Positions 23,534 through 35,836 of a DNA stretch of 64,000 bases are shown here, in pieces. Under the pieces are notes generated by a model. The model did not search any database, was not told the DNA's origin, and worked only from the letters and a program-made list of their open reading frames with translations. A program made the position numbers and the translations under genes. The stretch lies in the NCBI GenBank assembly GCA_002811645.1, contig PDIP01000009.1, positions 68,214 through 132,213 on the forward strand, in the 5' to 3' direction. Each line of letters starts with the position of its first letter. Position 1 is the first letter of the stretch. The stretch is from Corallochytrium limacisporum Hawaii (Eukaryota > Protista > Pluriformea).

Positions 23534-23677
23534 CATAGGAGCATAGGAGTTCAGGAATTTGAAAAGAAAATGAATATGGAATGTTATTTCGTTGTATGTA
23601 GAAATCTTCAAAAGTTGAATGAATAGATGAGACTGCTCACAACTTCAAGATCAATGAATGGTGTTTGCGTTGTTTCT

Positions 23678-24790
23678 TTAGACCTTCTTCACAATCTGCA
23701 CGACGTCCTCATCGGATAGAATGTGATCCTTACCACACCGCTGCGGTTGATGCTTTGCACTTGCTCCCCAGACCAAAGCAAATTTGAATTCCTTGACGAG
23801 AGCCTTGTGAATAGCCCTGCAAAAATCCTCGATGGTCTTTGTTCCTTTCTCACCACGCAGAACGACGGGAGCCTCGTAATCTGGAAGCTGTCCCTTGGGC
23901 TTTGTGTAGATGCGGGTAAGGCTCAGCTTGTCCCACATGGCCTCGAGCAGATCGTCAAAGTTCCAGCGAAGGTTGGCGCTGATAGGCACACAGTGCGGAA
24001 TCTTGTAGATGATCTCGAGTTCCTCGATGGAGATCTGATCGATCTTATTAAGCACATAGATGCAGGGAATATAGATTCGGTTACCCTCAATGATATCAAT
24101 GAGATCGTCAACCGTGGCATCGCAACGGAAGCTGATGTCAGCATTGCTGATCTTATACTCGTTGCAAATGCTCTTGACGAGGTCTAGATCAAGGTGTGTC
24201 ATGTTGCTCACTGTGGAGTTCATTGTGATACCACCCTTCTCCTTCTTGCGGAATGTAATGGCAGGAGGCTGCTTGTTCAACCGAATACCGTATCCTTCCA
24301 ACTCCCCCTCAATAATGCGCTTATGGTCTATAGGCCTCAGCACATCGAGACACAGGAAAATAAGATTGCATGTACGGGCCACAGCAATGACCTGGCGACC
24401 ACGACCCTTTCCATCCTTAGCGCCTTCAATAATACCTGGTAAATCCAACATCTGAATCTTGGCACCTTTGTAGTGGATCACACCAGGCACAGTGGTCAAA
24501 GTAGTGAATTCATAGGCACCCACTTCCGAATGCACACCCGCAAGGTTCGTCAGCAAGGTTGATTTACCTACGGACGGGAATCCGACAAAGCCAATCCGAG
24601 CATCACCAGTCTTTGCGACATCGAATCCCTCGCCACCGCCGCCGCCGCCAGAGCTCTTGGGATCGATGATCTCACGCTTTAGCTTGGCTAATTTAGCTTT
24701 GAGCTGACCCAAATGGAAGGCTGTGGCCTTGTTCTTTTGGGTACGGGCCATTTCAGCCTCGATCTCGGCAATCTTTTGCAGAGTCGTCAT
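23678..24790 (-). CDS. DRG1: Developmentally regulated GTP-binding protein 1
   Basis: [50 protein letters not shown] and a TGS domain ending [10 protein letters not shown]. Confidence 0.97.
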   Translation of the reverse strand: MTTLQKIAEIEAEMARTQKNKATAFHLGQLKAKLAKLKREIIDPKSSGGGGGGEGFDVAKTGDARIGFVGFPSVGKSTLLTNLAGVHSEVGAYEFTTLTTVPGVIHYKGAKIQMLDLPGIIEGAKDGKGRGRQVIAVARTCNLIFLCLDVLRPIDHKRIIEGELEGYGIRLNKQPPAITFRKKEKGGITMNSTVSNMTHLDLDLVKSICNEYKISNADISFRCDATVDDLIDIIEGNRIYIPCIYVLNKIDQISIEELEIIYKIPHCVPISANLRWNFDDLLEAMWDKLSLTRIYTKPKGQLPDYEAPVVLRGEKGTKTIEDFCRAIHKALVKEFKFALVWGASAKHQPQRCGKDHILSDEDVVQIVKKV

Positions 24791-27055
24791 GGTGGTCTCT
24801 TATATGTCACACACACACAAATTGGGTTTTCCCAAAGGTTGAATCACTATGGTACAATCTTTCACCGTCAATTCCCAACTAATGATTTCAGACAAAAAAG
24901 TTAATTTAGTTCCAGTGAGTATCGAGAACCATTTGATATATCACGGACCGTCGCTTTCCTATGAATTCCAGTTGGTGTTGTGAATATGTGAATGACGAAA
25001 CTTTCTATACCTGTTCACAGTGAAATGCTAGGGTGCTACACATAACAGCACAGTCTATCCAACACGTTAAGCCCGAGACCGAAGGAGCGACGGAGAACAA
25101 CGTACCAATCATCGCAAACTGTTCGATCCTTTAAGCCTCCGTTGGCTCGACATCGCACCCAACAAGAAAACACACACAGTCCTACCCCCCCCCACGCGCA
25201 ACACTTTTGTGTGTTCTACGCGCGAAGAATCGGAAAGTGCCCCTGCACACCGGGGGAAGGGAGGGAAGGCTGGAAAAAAAGCCAGGGTATTTGAATCGCG
25301 CTCCCCTATACCGAATGGCCCGGATCGAGTGAGGTTGAGTTGCCAGTGGCTGTTGCGTACACTACGGACGCGGCGGGGACCACCCGGGATGTGTGTGCTT
25401 CGAGAACGGTCTGGGTGGTACCAAGCCTATAGTAAATATGTGACCAGTTTCTTTGGCCTTTCGCCTTAGTGAAAGTATGGGACTTGTACGGTGCATGTGA
25501 CACACTTCCCCCGGTTCCAGGCGAATTTTATATCCGGGATCTGCAACTGCTGCGCCAGAAACGATTGGTTTGCATCAAGTACACACACTTGTGGCATGTC
25601 ACATGCTTGGCAGATGTTCAGCCGACATGGTGGGTTTCAAGAGCTTCGCGCCGTATCTATTACAGGCGTAGTATATGGCACGAGAGCACCGGCACAAGGG
25701 AGGGGACTTGTTGGTATTGATCATGTTCGTGTCACTCTTGTGAAACCAACCACGATGCAGCCGTCCTCTCACCTCCGGCAACGACTCCTCAAAGGAAGTG
25801 CCGATGTGGCTCGAGGTTTAAGTCCGGGTCCTCATTGGGTGCGATAGGCTACCCCGTTGTCGAGGTCAGGACCGCTATTAGATCCGGTCTGGATGAGTGT
25901 ACGGCAGTTGTTGCACAGCAAGTTTCGCCCTTAATTAGAGGAGGCGGCGGGGTATCCAGATACTATGTGCATTTGGAAGGGAGACATGTGGTCAATTTTA
26001 TTGATAATGTGTAGTATTGAGTTCTTTACTCTTCAGCCAGTGTCAGCTATATTGGAGGATTGCCGTGACTCGAAAAGTTCCGGTTGTGGTGCACACCACG
26101 AGTTTGGATTGAGATTTGGGATTTGCTTTTTCCCTTCTGCCTTGGTGGTTCGGTGGACTGAGACTGTACGTGTGAGGTCGTGTGTTTGCGTTTTGGGTGC
26201 CCAGCCTTTTGGTACAATAGCCAACCGCATCCTGGGTGCCGCACATTTTTGTGGACGTGTGCGCGATGGGAGTGTCTCTTCACCGAGGAGGATAAGTGGT
26301 GCAAATACACGTACCGATAACGACTTCCACCACAACACGTCGTCCCGAAACATGGACACATACCGGCAGGATGTTAAGAAAGTAGACTTGCATGGCTTTT
26401 GAATGCCTTCTCGGGATCGTGAGCTCTGTTAACTGCTTCATGAATCGGCGTCCGTTACCAATTACCTCAGGTGGACGCAGTCCTACTCTAAGGTCGGAAT
26501 GAGGGAGGCTGCAAGGACACAAGAGTGTGAACCTCGCCAGGCAGGGAAGCTAAATAAAGGCCAGTCGGTCACCCCAACCACTTTCACTTGGGATTATGAC
26601 ATGGAATGAGGCACGACTTCAGCTGACCGTCATCAGATCGATATTAAAGGGCCTGGTAGTTTCATAATATACCCCGGGCTTTGGAAACTCTGTGTGAGAT
26701 AGTCACAATTGCGGCGCCTTTTCAATAGGTCCCTCCCGAAGGCGGGGGGAGAGCACATGACAGCCGACGGGAGATTTCTCTCACACAACCACTCACCACG
26801 GTGCTATGTGCACAACAAATACCAGGCACCAACGGGCTCACCCCCACAATGCAGCGTGCCTGTCATACACGTATACATCACGCGCTGACCTCACACCTGT
26901 CATTACACAAGATTTGGCCCTTTTCGTCTTCTCGTTCTGTGTCTAAGTACACCAAAACATTTCCCAGCCTTGTTCATTGCTGGAGGTTCCCCCCCCCCCT
27001 TCCCCCCGGTTCGTTCTTCAGTCGTCATTCCGATCGCGTAGCCACCTCATACTCC

Positions 27056-27058
<3 letters not shown>

Positions 27059-27116
<58 letters not shown>
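27059..27116. repeat. (CT)29 microsatellite, followed by (GA)n/(GT)n/poly-G at about 27149-27190
   Basis: Directly visible. Confidence 0.95.
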
Positions 27117-27119
<3 letters not shown>

Positions 27120-27809
27120 CGCCGCGGGTCCCCCCCCGGGGGGTCAACGAGAGAGAGAGTGTGTGTGTGTGTGTGGGGGGGGGGGTGGGGCAGGCAAGAA
27201 AAAAATAAAACAGGGAGAGAGGAAGAACCTTTGACCAGCAGCCAGCAAAGTACACAGGAATTGACGGTAACAAAGGAGAAAAAAAATGAGGAAAATCTCA
27301 GGGTGCGGTTTTCATGCAAAGGGCCCAAAAATGGCGCACCCTCGCGTGTAATCCGCACGCCAACGGGGAGAGAGAGAGACTTTTAAGGGAGAGCGGGAGA
27401 AAACCCGAAAAGAAAATAGTAAAGAAAGTACGATAGTACCCAAGAAAAAAAGACCTGGGGCCATGTTCTTAGGCGTAACACACGAATGGCCAAGGCCAAC
27501 AAAGGAAAAAAATGTAGAGAGCGGGGGCATACCGAAGAACCGCAAAAATGAGAGCAAGGATAGAGACACACACACACACAGAGACACAGAGACATGGCGT
27601 TTGGGTGGGGGGGAGAGCGGCCGAATTCGCGTGGCCTTCGTCACCCCTCGCGTCCTTCGAGCTGAGCCAGGAATGCCATCGCCCGGAGCAACTTCCAAGA
27701 AATCCTGCCAATCTGTCTCTCTTTTTTTTTATTGTATGTATGTCTTGCAACCAACCATCCCCGTCTGCCAGTCCCCTTCCCTCATTTCTATTTTAAAACG
27801 TCTTTTAAC

Positions 27810-27905
27810 TCTCTGACGCTCTATCTATCTCTATCTATCCTCTCCCTCTCTCTCTCTATCTCTCTCTCGCTCTCTCTCTTTCTGTGTCCCTCTCTCTCTC
27901 TCTGT
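27810..27905. repeat. Degenerate CT/CTAT-rich microsatellite
   Basis: Directly visible. Confidence 0.85.
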
Positions 27906-30900
27906 CTTCGTCTTCGCGCTCCCCCGGGCGCGCGGCGGCGGGGGCGCATCTCCTCCTCCAAGAACTCCGTTTGGTCGTGGTACTGAGGAGAGGTGTGAAA
28001 CGTCTTGGCTTTGATGAATAGAGATCGATTGGGAGAGAAGGAGGGCTTGGGGGGGGGGGGCCTGATGATCATCAGCACTATCTTCTCTGTGGTCCATGGG
28101 GTTATATGGCACTTGAGCATGATCGTGCCAGCCTTGGCTGCCAGAGCCATCAGATGAGGCTATATTTCCTCCCCTTGCATTTGCATGGGAGTTCTCTACA
28201 AACATGAGGCTAACCGCTGCATCTGCATTACTACCCACGATGACATATCTCACATCAGCACCCATCGCCGTGGCATATTAACAATCCCACACTCAGTGTC
28301 TCGCTATGGTTTCCGGGGATTATTGCCCCAATTCGCTGCCGCCCTTCTGCCCCTCTCCCAGGTACTTTCTCTCTCTCTCTTTTTCCTTTTGCCCTTTACC
28401 CTCTCCCCCACCACACACTCCCTTTCCTGTGTACCCTGTGAAATACATTTCCCCCAACCCCTCTCCTTTCCTTTTATCTTTGATTTTCCTCCTCCGGGGT
28501 TCCATCTCCGTTGCGCTTATTCGGGGCGGGAGGTTAGGAGGAAAAAAGAAAAGGAGGGAAGGGAGGGGGGGAACGCCACTGAACACATCACACACGCCGC
28601 TCGTACGTTGGGGACACAAACACTGCTACCGCACAAGCAGTACTTCCCACTTGCGTACATTCAGTATTAATTTTCAAAAGTAGACGACAAAAGCCGGTGA
28701 AACGCGGACGGACTTTTAAGAAAGTAAAAAAGAAAAGGAAGTGAAGAACGAAAGCGTTACAAAACGGAGAAACCCGCAAGTCAACCAGGGCATCACCATC
28801 ATCGCCCATCGTTGGTCAGCAAAGCGCTCAGGCCATAGACAATGAATGGCAAAGAAATTCTTGGCCGTTTGCAAAAAAAAATGAAAATGGGTGGAGGGGG
28901 CGGTAAGAGGGATGGAGGAGGAAAGGCAGGACCCTGAGGCCCGAATCATATCACTGCGCCCCGCTCTCTCGACGAGCCCCGTGTTGACCACCGCCATCAT
29001 CATCACCAACCAGTGAACGTCCCAGACATGCCCTACCGACACCAATGGCGCACATCCGAGTGACTTCTGTGGTCCACCACACACGCTACAGCATACCATT
29101 CTTAACGCGGTACGAACGAAAGCTTCATGCAGTTGTGGCGTACCGGTCAGTGATTCACCACTGTCGTGGACCCCGTGGCGAGCTGGCCAGAGAGTGGAGA
29201 ACCCGGGGGCAACACAGGGCGAATAGACAATCAGCACAAGCGGGGCGGCTGACGTCCTGTGCGCAGGTCCCGGCCCCTACGGCTCCCTCCCGTCCTCTTT
29301 GGCCCCCCTGTCCCCGGTATCACAAGCTACTCGCCGTTTCCCGCCGCGGTCGGTCCGGTACATATTGTACCGAGGAAAGGAGAGGAACGACCGTGAAGCA
29401 CAAAAAAAATGGGGGGCGGCGGGGACCGGCGGGAGAGAGCAGCAAACACAACCACCAGCGCAAGCAGCGAAAGACGGAAAAGAAAAGAAGGAAGAAAAAA
29501 AAATCCCACTCCCCCCCCTCCTCCTCCCGTGTCTCGCCTTCCTTTCTCTCCCTCTCTCTCCTTCTCCCCTCCCCCTTCAAATTTCGAAACCCGCCTCCCC
29601 ATTTCTTCCCAGCCGCCTCACGCAGCACACTCTCTGGAGTGGTGGTGGTTAATGAATCGTCGTTTCTCTTCTTCTTTTGTAAACGCCGTTGCCTTTCTCA
29701 GGTGTTATTTCCCACTCTAATCCGCTATGTTTCACTCCCGCTCTCCTTAATTGTTTCTTCTTGTTTGGGTTCAACCGTTTCATGTCTCGGTCCATTTGGA
29801 TTGTTTTTATCGTTTTCGGAATTCTGCAAACATTTTCTCCTAGCCACGGCATAACTCCCATAGCCAAGCCCCTTGTAGTCAGTCAGTGCGGAAGAAGACG
29901 AAGAAGAAAAAAAAGCGGAGGAAAACAAAGGAAGGGAAGGTTAGGACGGAGGCACGGACAAAAGACCAAAGAGCCGAGCTTGAGTTGATAGCGAGGAATG
30001 AGAGAGAGAGTGAGAAGGCGATTAATTTCTCATTATCCACACCCGTCCCTCTCCTCCTCACCAGCCCCACCTCCCCCTCCTCCCACACCCGGCTCTTCCG
30101 CGCGAAGGGGACTGCCGCTTTAGCCAGGAACTCTTTAACTTTTTTTCGGCTGTTCTTTTTTTTCTCTTGTCCATTTCCAAGATAGAGAAATCCGCAATCG
30201 TAAGGAATCGGACCACTCTTGGTTGAATTTTTTGTGCCAGGACATATTTTTTTTTTGCTTTTCCTTTTTTTCCCTTAAAACCCGTCCTCTGAAGTAGTCC
30301 GCTAACTTTTTTTGTTATATTTCTGTTTTATCTCTTGCGGCTCCATTTTGTCTATTGTCGTTAGGGGCCGGGCAACCTCCGCTGGCGTCGGTCCGAGACG
30401 AGACCTCGGATCTCTCGTCTCGCTCATACGAAAATAGAAAATCAAGGCAAAAAAAAGGAGAGAGGAGAGGGGAGGTGGTTTATCATTGGTTTTATAGCAC
30501 CTTTTGTTCCCTTTGTCAAATATTTTCCTCCCCTCCTCATTACGGCGAACCAAGGGCGAGGGACGCGAGACTAAGCGTGTTTTACACGCTGGCCCTTTCA
30601 ACGCGGAGGCTAGGAGTGGGGTGGGCTACCGTTGGTGGCGGTTGAATGGGGCTTGCTGGTGGCCGCCTGCGCTAGGTGCCTTGTCGCCCACCCCTCCCTT
30701 CCATGCTCCCCCGAGTTTTTTTCTTTCTTTCTCTCTCCCAGTTCTCCGTGTTTACCTTTTTCTTTTTGACTTTCTGGAGCCTTGACGTTTCTTCCCATTT
30801 CATAGCTGGGCTATTGCTCTCCTCCTCCTTCGTCCTTCTCCGTGTCCCCTTATCATCCTGAGTTGATCCTTGCTCTCGTTTCCCGTCGCGGCCCCGGTGT

Positions 30901-30928
30901 TGTCCGGACAGTGGTCGATGTGCTGCGT

Positions 30929-31074
<146 letters not shown>

Positions 31075-34000
31075 GCCCCCTCTTCCCTTACTCCCAACCC
31101 GCCCCAAACTCTCATTCCGTGTCAATGGGAAGAAAAGAGAGAGGAGGAAGAGGGGGGGGGGGGGCGAGAGGGCTCTTGTCTTTCAAAAAAGTCCCGCGTG
31201 TGTATGTGTGTTGTGTCTCGCTTTAAACGACCATGTGCCCATCCGTGTGGGTCCTGCAGCACGCGTTTCCACAGTATTTTTCATATCGAATCCGTCTTCT
31301 GGTCAGATGATGGACACACTCTTAGGAATCCCGGGCACGGCACCCACACACACACACACGCTCGCTCGCTCGCTCTCTGCTCAGTCAGAGTCTCTCTTGC
31401 TCTCGGTGTCTTTCTGTGGTCTCTGGCGCCCAGCTGACCAGCACGGGAGGATAAAACGGCAAACATTCTTTCGGTGTTCCAATATGAATGCCATTTGTCC
31501 GGAACCGATTAAACCAGGGCAATAAAAGAAGAAAATATGAAACAAACACACAGAGGTAAAATTATCTTGACAAGGGGGGTTAAATGGGAAAAACAAATAG
31601 GAAAAGAATGAAAAAATGAAATAGGCCCCTTCGCTGCAACTCCCCTTCTTTTTTTATTCTTTCCTTTTCTTTTCTTTTTCCTTTACACCAAACCCCGCAT
31701 TTTCTCTCCTGCGGCTGTGTCCCTCTCTCCACCCCCCAAAAAAAATGGAAAAGGAGGAGGGGGTTAAATTTCTCCACCCTTCCTTTCCCCGAAAGCCCTC
31801 ACTATCGAAGCCGGGCAGGTTGGAGACAAAGAGAGAGAGAGAGAGACAGAGAGGGAGAGGCAGGCAGGCAACGGGACAGAGGGAGTCTACAGCCAAAAAG
31901 AAAAAAAAAATAAGAACAAGGAAAACTGTGTTCCAACGAACGGACTGCACCGCCGGGCCAGGTGGAGCTTGGGAGGTGGTTGGTTGGTCGGCTGCCCGGA
32001 TGATTCACTGGCGGACAATTAGTGATATAATGTAATATCTTAGCATTCCGGATATACCAAACTGCCTGGGTGAGAAAAAGGGGGGGGGGGGAGTAGGTAA
32101 CAAAAGGAGGAGAGAAAGGGGTAAAGGTGGGGGAGGGGAGAGGGGGAGAATTATGTCCGTGGGTAGCAGCGCGCTCCTCCACAAGCGCCTTTGGCCTGTG
32201 TGGCCCATAACTCATATAAGTGGGTAACGGATCGGTTGCTTTGTGAGTGTGACCACGGCTCGCATCATGTTGGATCTGCGGTCTGGGACGTATTCTTCGG
32301 TAACGTATTCCATGCCAAGTTGAAGAAGGAAGACTGTGTTACCACACTAGCATCAGGCAGGAATGGGGAGGGCTTCCGATCCATGTTCGGATTGAGATCG
32401 CCTGCATGGTTCCTGTCATCTCCAACCAGGGCCTTATCGACGGATACCCTTTTTTTTTCTCTTTTGTCATTCATCGCCGTGGGGCCCCTGCAGCTGATCT
32501 TCTACTGAGTGGCCATCATGCGTGCTCACCACGGTCTGTAGTCTGGCCCGTTGGGCCCGTTGGGACCAAAGTCTCCGACAGTCCGGTTGAACTCGTCCCT
32601 ATCTTCAAGCCCGACTCAGAGCATATTGCTACGAGACGGGTTGTCTAAGCATGACTGACACAGTGTCACCTGCGTGGAGCTCTGACGTCTCCATGTACTA
32701 CTGCCGACTTGTTTGATTTAATTGTTAGATGCCCACATCAAAGAACAAAGAACGGGGGTCTAGCCACAGCAAACTCGTGGACAAGGGCAGTAGGTCCCCC
32801 CCGGGCTAAAACAGACATCGTCAGCATCCAAGGCTCACCTGCCTGGCAGGCAGAACTGAACGGTGAGCAAGAGGGGTGCGGCGATCGACCATAATCCTCA
32901 GCGACGGCGAGACCTGGCGAGTTCCCGATTCGGAAAATGCTCATCAGGCCCCGGCATCGCACCCAAGATCAGCCTGAAATGCGAAAGCTGTCCGCACCCT
33001 GGGGACGCAAAACGGCACTCCTTCCGTCTTGGTCATCGGTCAAAAACCCCGCCGATTTGAATTTCTTTGGGTCCCTTTACATCTCCTTATTGTGGGTATT
33101 GATCGAACCGGAAGACAAGACAAATCTAGAAACTACCCAGGACAGGAGGATAAAAGGACGATGTGATAAACTGGAAAGGAAGGCATCAGGGCACCGCGCA
33201 ATGTAGAAGGAAAGGACAGCCCGATGTTAACCAGCAAAATAAAAAATACCCCACAATGGTGGCCAAACGCGGGTCTTGAAAAAGCAAAATAGAAAAATGG
33301 TTCTGCAAGTGTGGTCGTGTAGCAAACAGGGACACCCCGCCTCAGTTGGGTGGGTGTGAATTTAGGTATTTTCTCGGTTGGTTCAGTATGGCCACCGGAT
33401 CTTTTGCTGAGCCGGGTGGTGCATTTCCTGGGGTCCTCCTCGCCATCCTACCTAATTCCTTCTGCCTTTACCCACGAGAGAAGTACACGACTACAGTGGC
33501 GTTTTCGGGTCGGCGAATTTCGGTAGTATTTATATAGAATGAATGGTTGCCAAAATATTGACAGAGTAAAATACAATCACACACACACACAGAGACACAC
33601 ACACAATATATATATATAATACATACCTATGTATCAAAGCAAGAAAAAAATTGAACTATAGTAAAAGTACGAGATGTGTAGAGAGGGGAAGAGGGCGGCC
33701 CGCGGGCGGCGGCCGCGCACACAAAGTGGAGAGCGCAAGAGAGCAGCAAATCCCTAAGGTCTTGGGGAAGGAAGGAAGGACGGGAGGGAGGGGTTGGGGG
33801 CATCTCAAAACAAGAAAAAGCTGGACATTTCTTCCCTCTTTCGGTAGGCGGCTTGGGCAAAACGAGCTGACAACCACGGTCCCGACGACCGTGTCTCTCT
33901 CTCTGTGTATGTGTGTGTGTATGTGTGTGTGTCGGGTATCCTATTCGTCTCTTGTGTGTTTGTGTGACACAAGGCTGTCTATGATGTCTGCCTCCTGGTG

Positions 34001-34480
34001 TGTGGATCCGGGCCGTTGTGAATGTGTGTGGAACCCGGTTCGGGGAGAGAATTGCTTTTGCTCGGCTTTTTCGGGCCTCCCGGCGGGTAAGTATAACAAA
34101 ATAAGAAATTAGGCCCCTTCGCATGGTGGAAGCCACCCGGACCCCAACGTCGGCATCAATGGAGGATCGAAACGGGCTGGCATGCTGGGAAGTCCCGACG
34201 ACACGGATGCACCCCCGCAACTGAAGCTATGACCAGGAAACTATACGTCGAGCACCAGAGTAGTACAAAAGCAGCAAACCCACGATCTGTACGAACACAC
34301 CAAGAAAATGTCACTTGTTTAATATGGCATAGTTTAGAACATGGGGTGCACCGCAGAGCCACGGGAGATGCGTTCATGATGGTGTGACTCTTTGGCATAC
34401 CTGGTATGTGATGATTGATATGTTGAATGGGGTTCTTGGCGATGGGACTACAAGATAAGAGTGATCTACTTCTCTGCTCT

Positions 34481-35836
34481 CTACAGCTTGCCGTTGGCTA
34501 GATCGACAATCTGTACAATGGTCACCGCGAGACCGAGGGCGCCAACCAATACGCCACCAATAACGACCACCAAGCCCATTTGCGCCATTTTGGGATGGGT
34601 TTCCTTATCCTTGCGGTACTGAATCATCCCTGGGATAACAAACGTGATCGCCACTGCCGCCGTTGAGCCCAGGATCTGGAACCCAATGTCGAGGTGGCTT
34701 AGACTCAAGGCGAGGACCAGACACAGGCCCACAAATGCCACCGCAAACATCGCACGGCGTGCCAAGGTTACCTCGAGGTCACCATACCTCCAGGCGTGCA
34801 CGAGCTTGACCGAGGGGTAGAAGACCAAGGGAAACTTCAACAAATTCAGCAGTCCCACGAATCCACGAGCAAAGGTCATAATGTACCCAGGATATTCAGT
34901 CAAAATATCTCCGCTAACGTTGCGGCCAAAGTAGAAGTAACCTGCCAGACCAAAGACAAAGTAAATAGAAGTGCAGATGCCCATAAGAGAGGTGTGCATG
35001 ACGGCCGGGAACAGATGCCTTACTCCTGCAGCCATTTCAGTGTAAATATGCAACACATTGAAGTGGCACATGTACACAAGGCTGAGTAAAGGCACGGCCT
35101 GGAGAATCGCCACCGGGTCCGTGTCCACCGCCTTCACGGTCGGTGCAATTCCTCCTTTGGCAATCAGTTCGTAGACCATCGCACCTGCAACGAAAAGCAT
35201 GAACCCTACGGCCAGCGTACTCGAGTACTGCAGTGCCTTCAGATCAGGCGCACACAATAGCGGTAGTATGGCCAGACCGCTCCACACTTCGACCCACGCC
35301 CGCTGGAGGTACCAACTTTCAGAGTCTCCGAATGCAAGCTGTAGAACAGGCGTCAGCAAATCGCCGGCCACAATGAACAGTACAGATGCAGAGAGCAGGA
35401 GCAGGATGCCCAGGCTCAGACGAGTGGCTAGAATACCCGTTGGTCCGAGGTAGATGCCCGCAAGGTCCTCGTAGTTGGCTTTGCCTTTCCGCTTGGCCGC
35501 GTTGCGGAGCCAGACGCCCGTAAGGTCGCTGAGGAAACCAAAGAAAACAATTGCTATGAGTCCGGTCAGCCAGCCGGTCTTGGCGAAGGCGATCGGTAGT
35601 GACAACACACCGGTACCGAGGCAGCTCGCCGTCAGGTTCGCAACGGAAGAAAAGAAAGTGCCATTACCCTCCCTCTCGTGTACTACGGACCGCGCACTGA
35701 TCTCCTGCTCAACTTCCCGGAATTCCCGGTCAATTAGCGATGTGTACTCGTCTGCGACAGGGGAGAACTCGATCTGTGACTCGTCTATGTCGCTGGGGTA
35801 GACGTCAGTAGTGTTCTCGGGTACTCCCAGAGCCAT
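34481..35836 (-). CDS. Amino-acid transporter, Aa_trans (SLC38/AVT) family
   Basis: SVANLTASCLGTGVLSLPIAF (TM1 motif), YMCHFNV, GLAGYFYFG...GDIL, GSTA...FVIPG; about 11 hydrophobic segments. Confidence 0.92.
   Translation of the reverse strand: MALGVPENTTDVYPSDIDESQIEFSPVADEYTSLIDREFREVEQEISARSVVHEREGNGTFFSSVANLTASCLGTGVLSLPIAFAKTGWLTGLIAIVFFGFLSDLTGVWLRNAAKRKGKANYEDLAGIYLGPTGILATRLSLGILLLLSASVLFIVAGDLLTPVLQLAFGDSESWYLQRAWVEVWSGLAILPLLCAPDLKALQYSSTLAVGFMLFVAGAMVYELIAKGGIAPTVKAVDTDPVAILQAVPLLSLVYMCHFNVLHIYTEMAAGVRHLFPAVMHTSLMGICTSIYFVFGLAGYFYFGRNVSGDILTEYPGYIMTFARGFVGLLNLLKFPLVFYPSVKLVHAWRYGDLEVTLARRAMFAVAFVGLCLVLALSLSHLDIGFQILGSTAAVAITFVIPGMIQYRKDKETHPKMAQMGLVVVIGGVLVGALGLAVTIVQIVDLANGKL

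Noticed and set aside
26009-26026. GTGTAGTAT...GTTCTT resembling the U2 snRNA branch-pairing region
   Set aside because: The conserved U2 5' stem (ATCGCTTCTCGGCCTTTTGGCTAAGATCA) and a correctly placed Sm site are absent.
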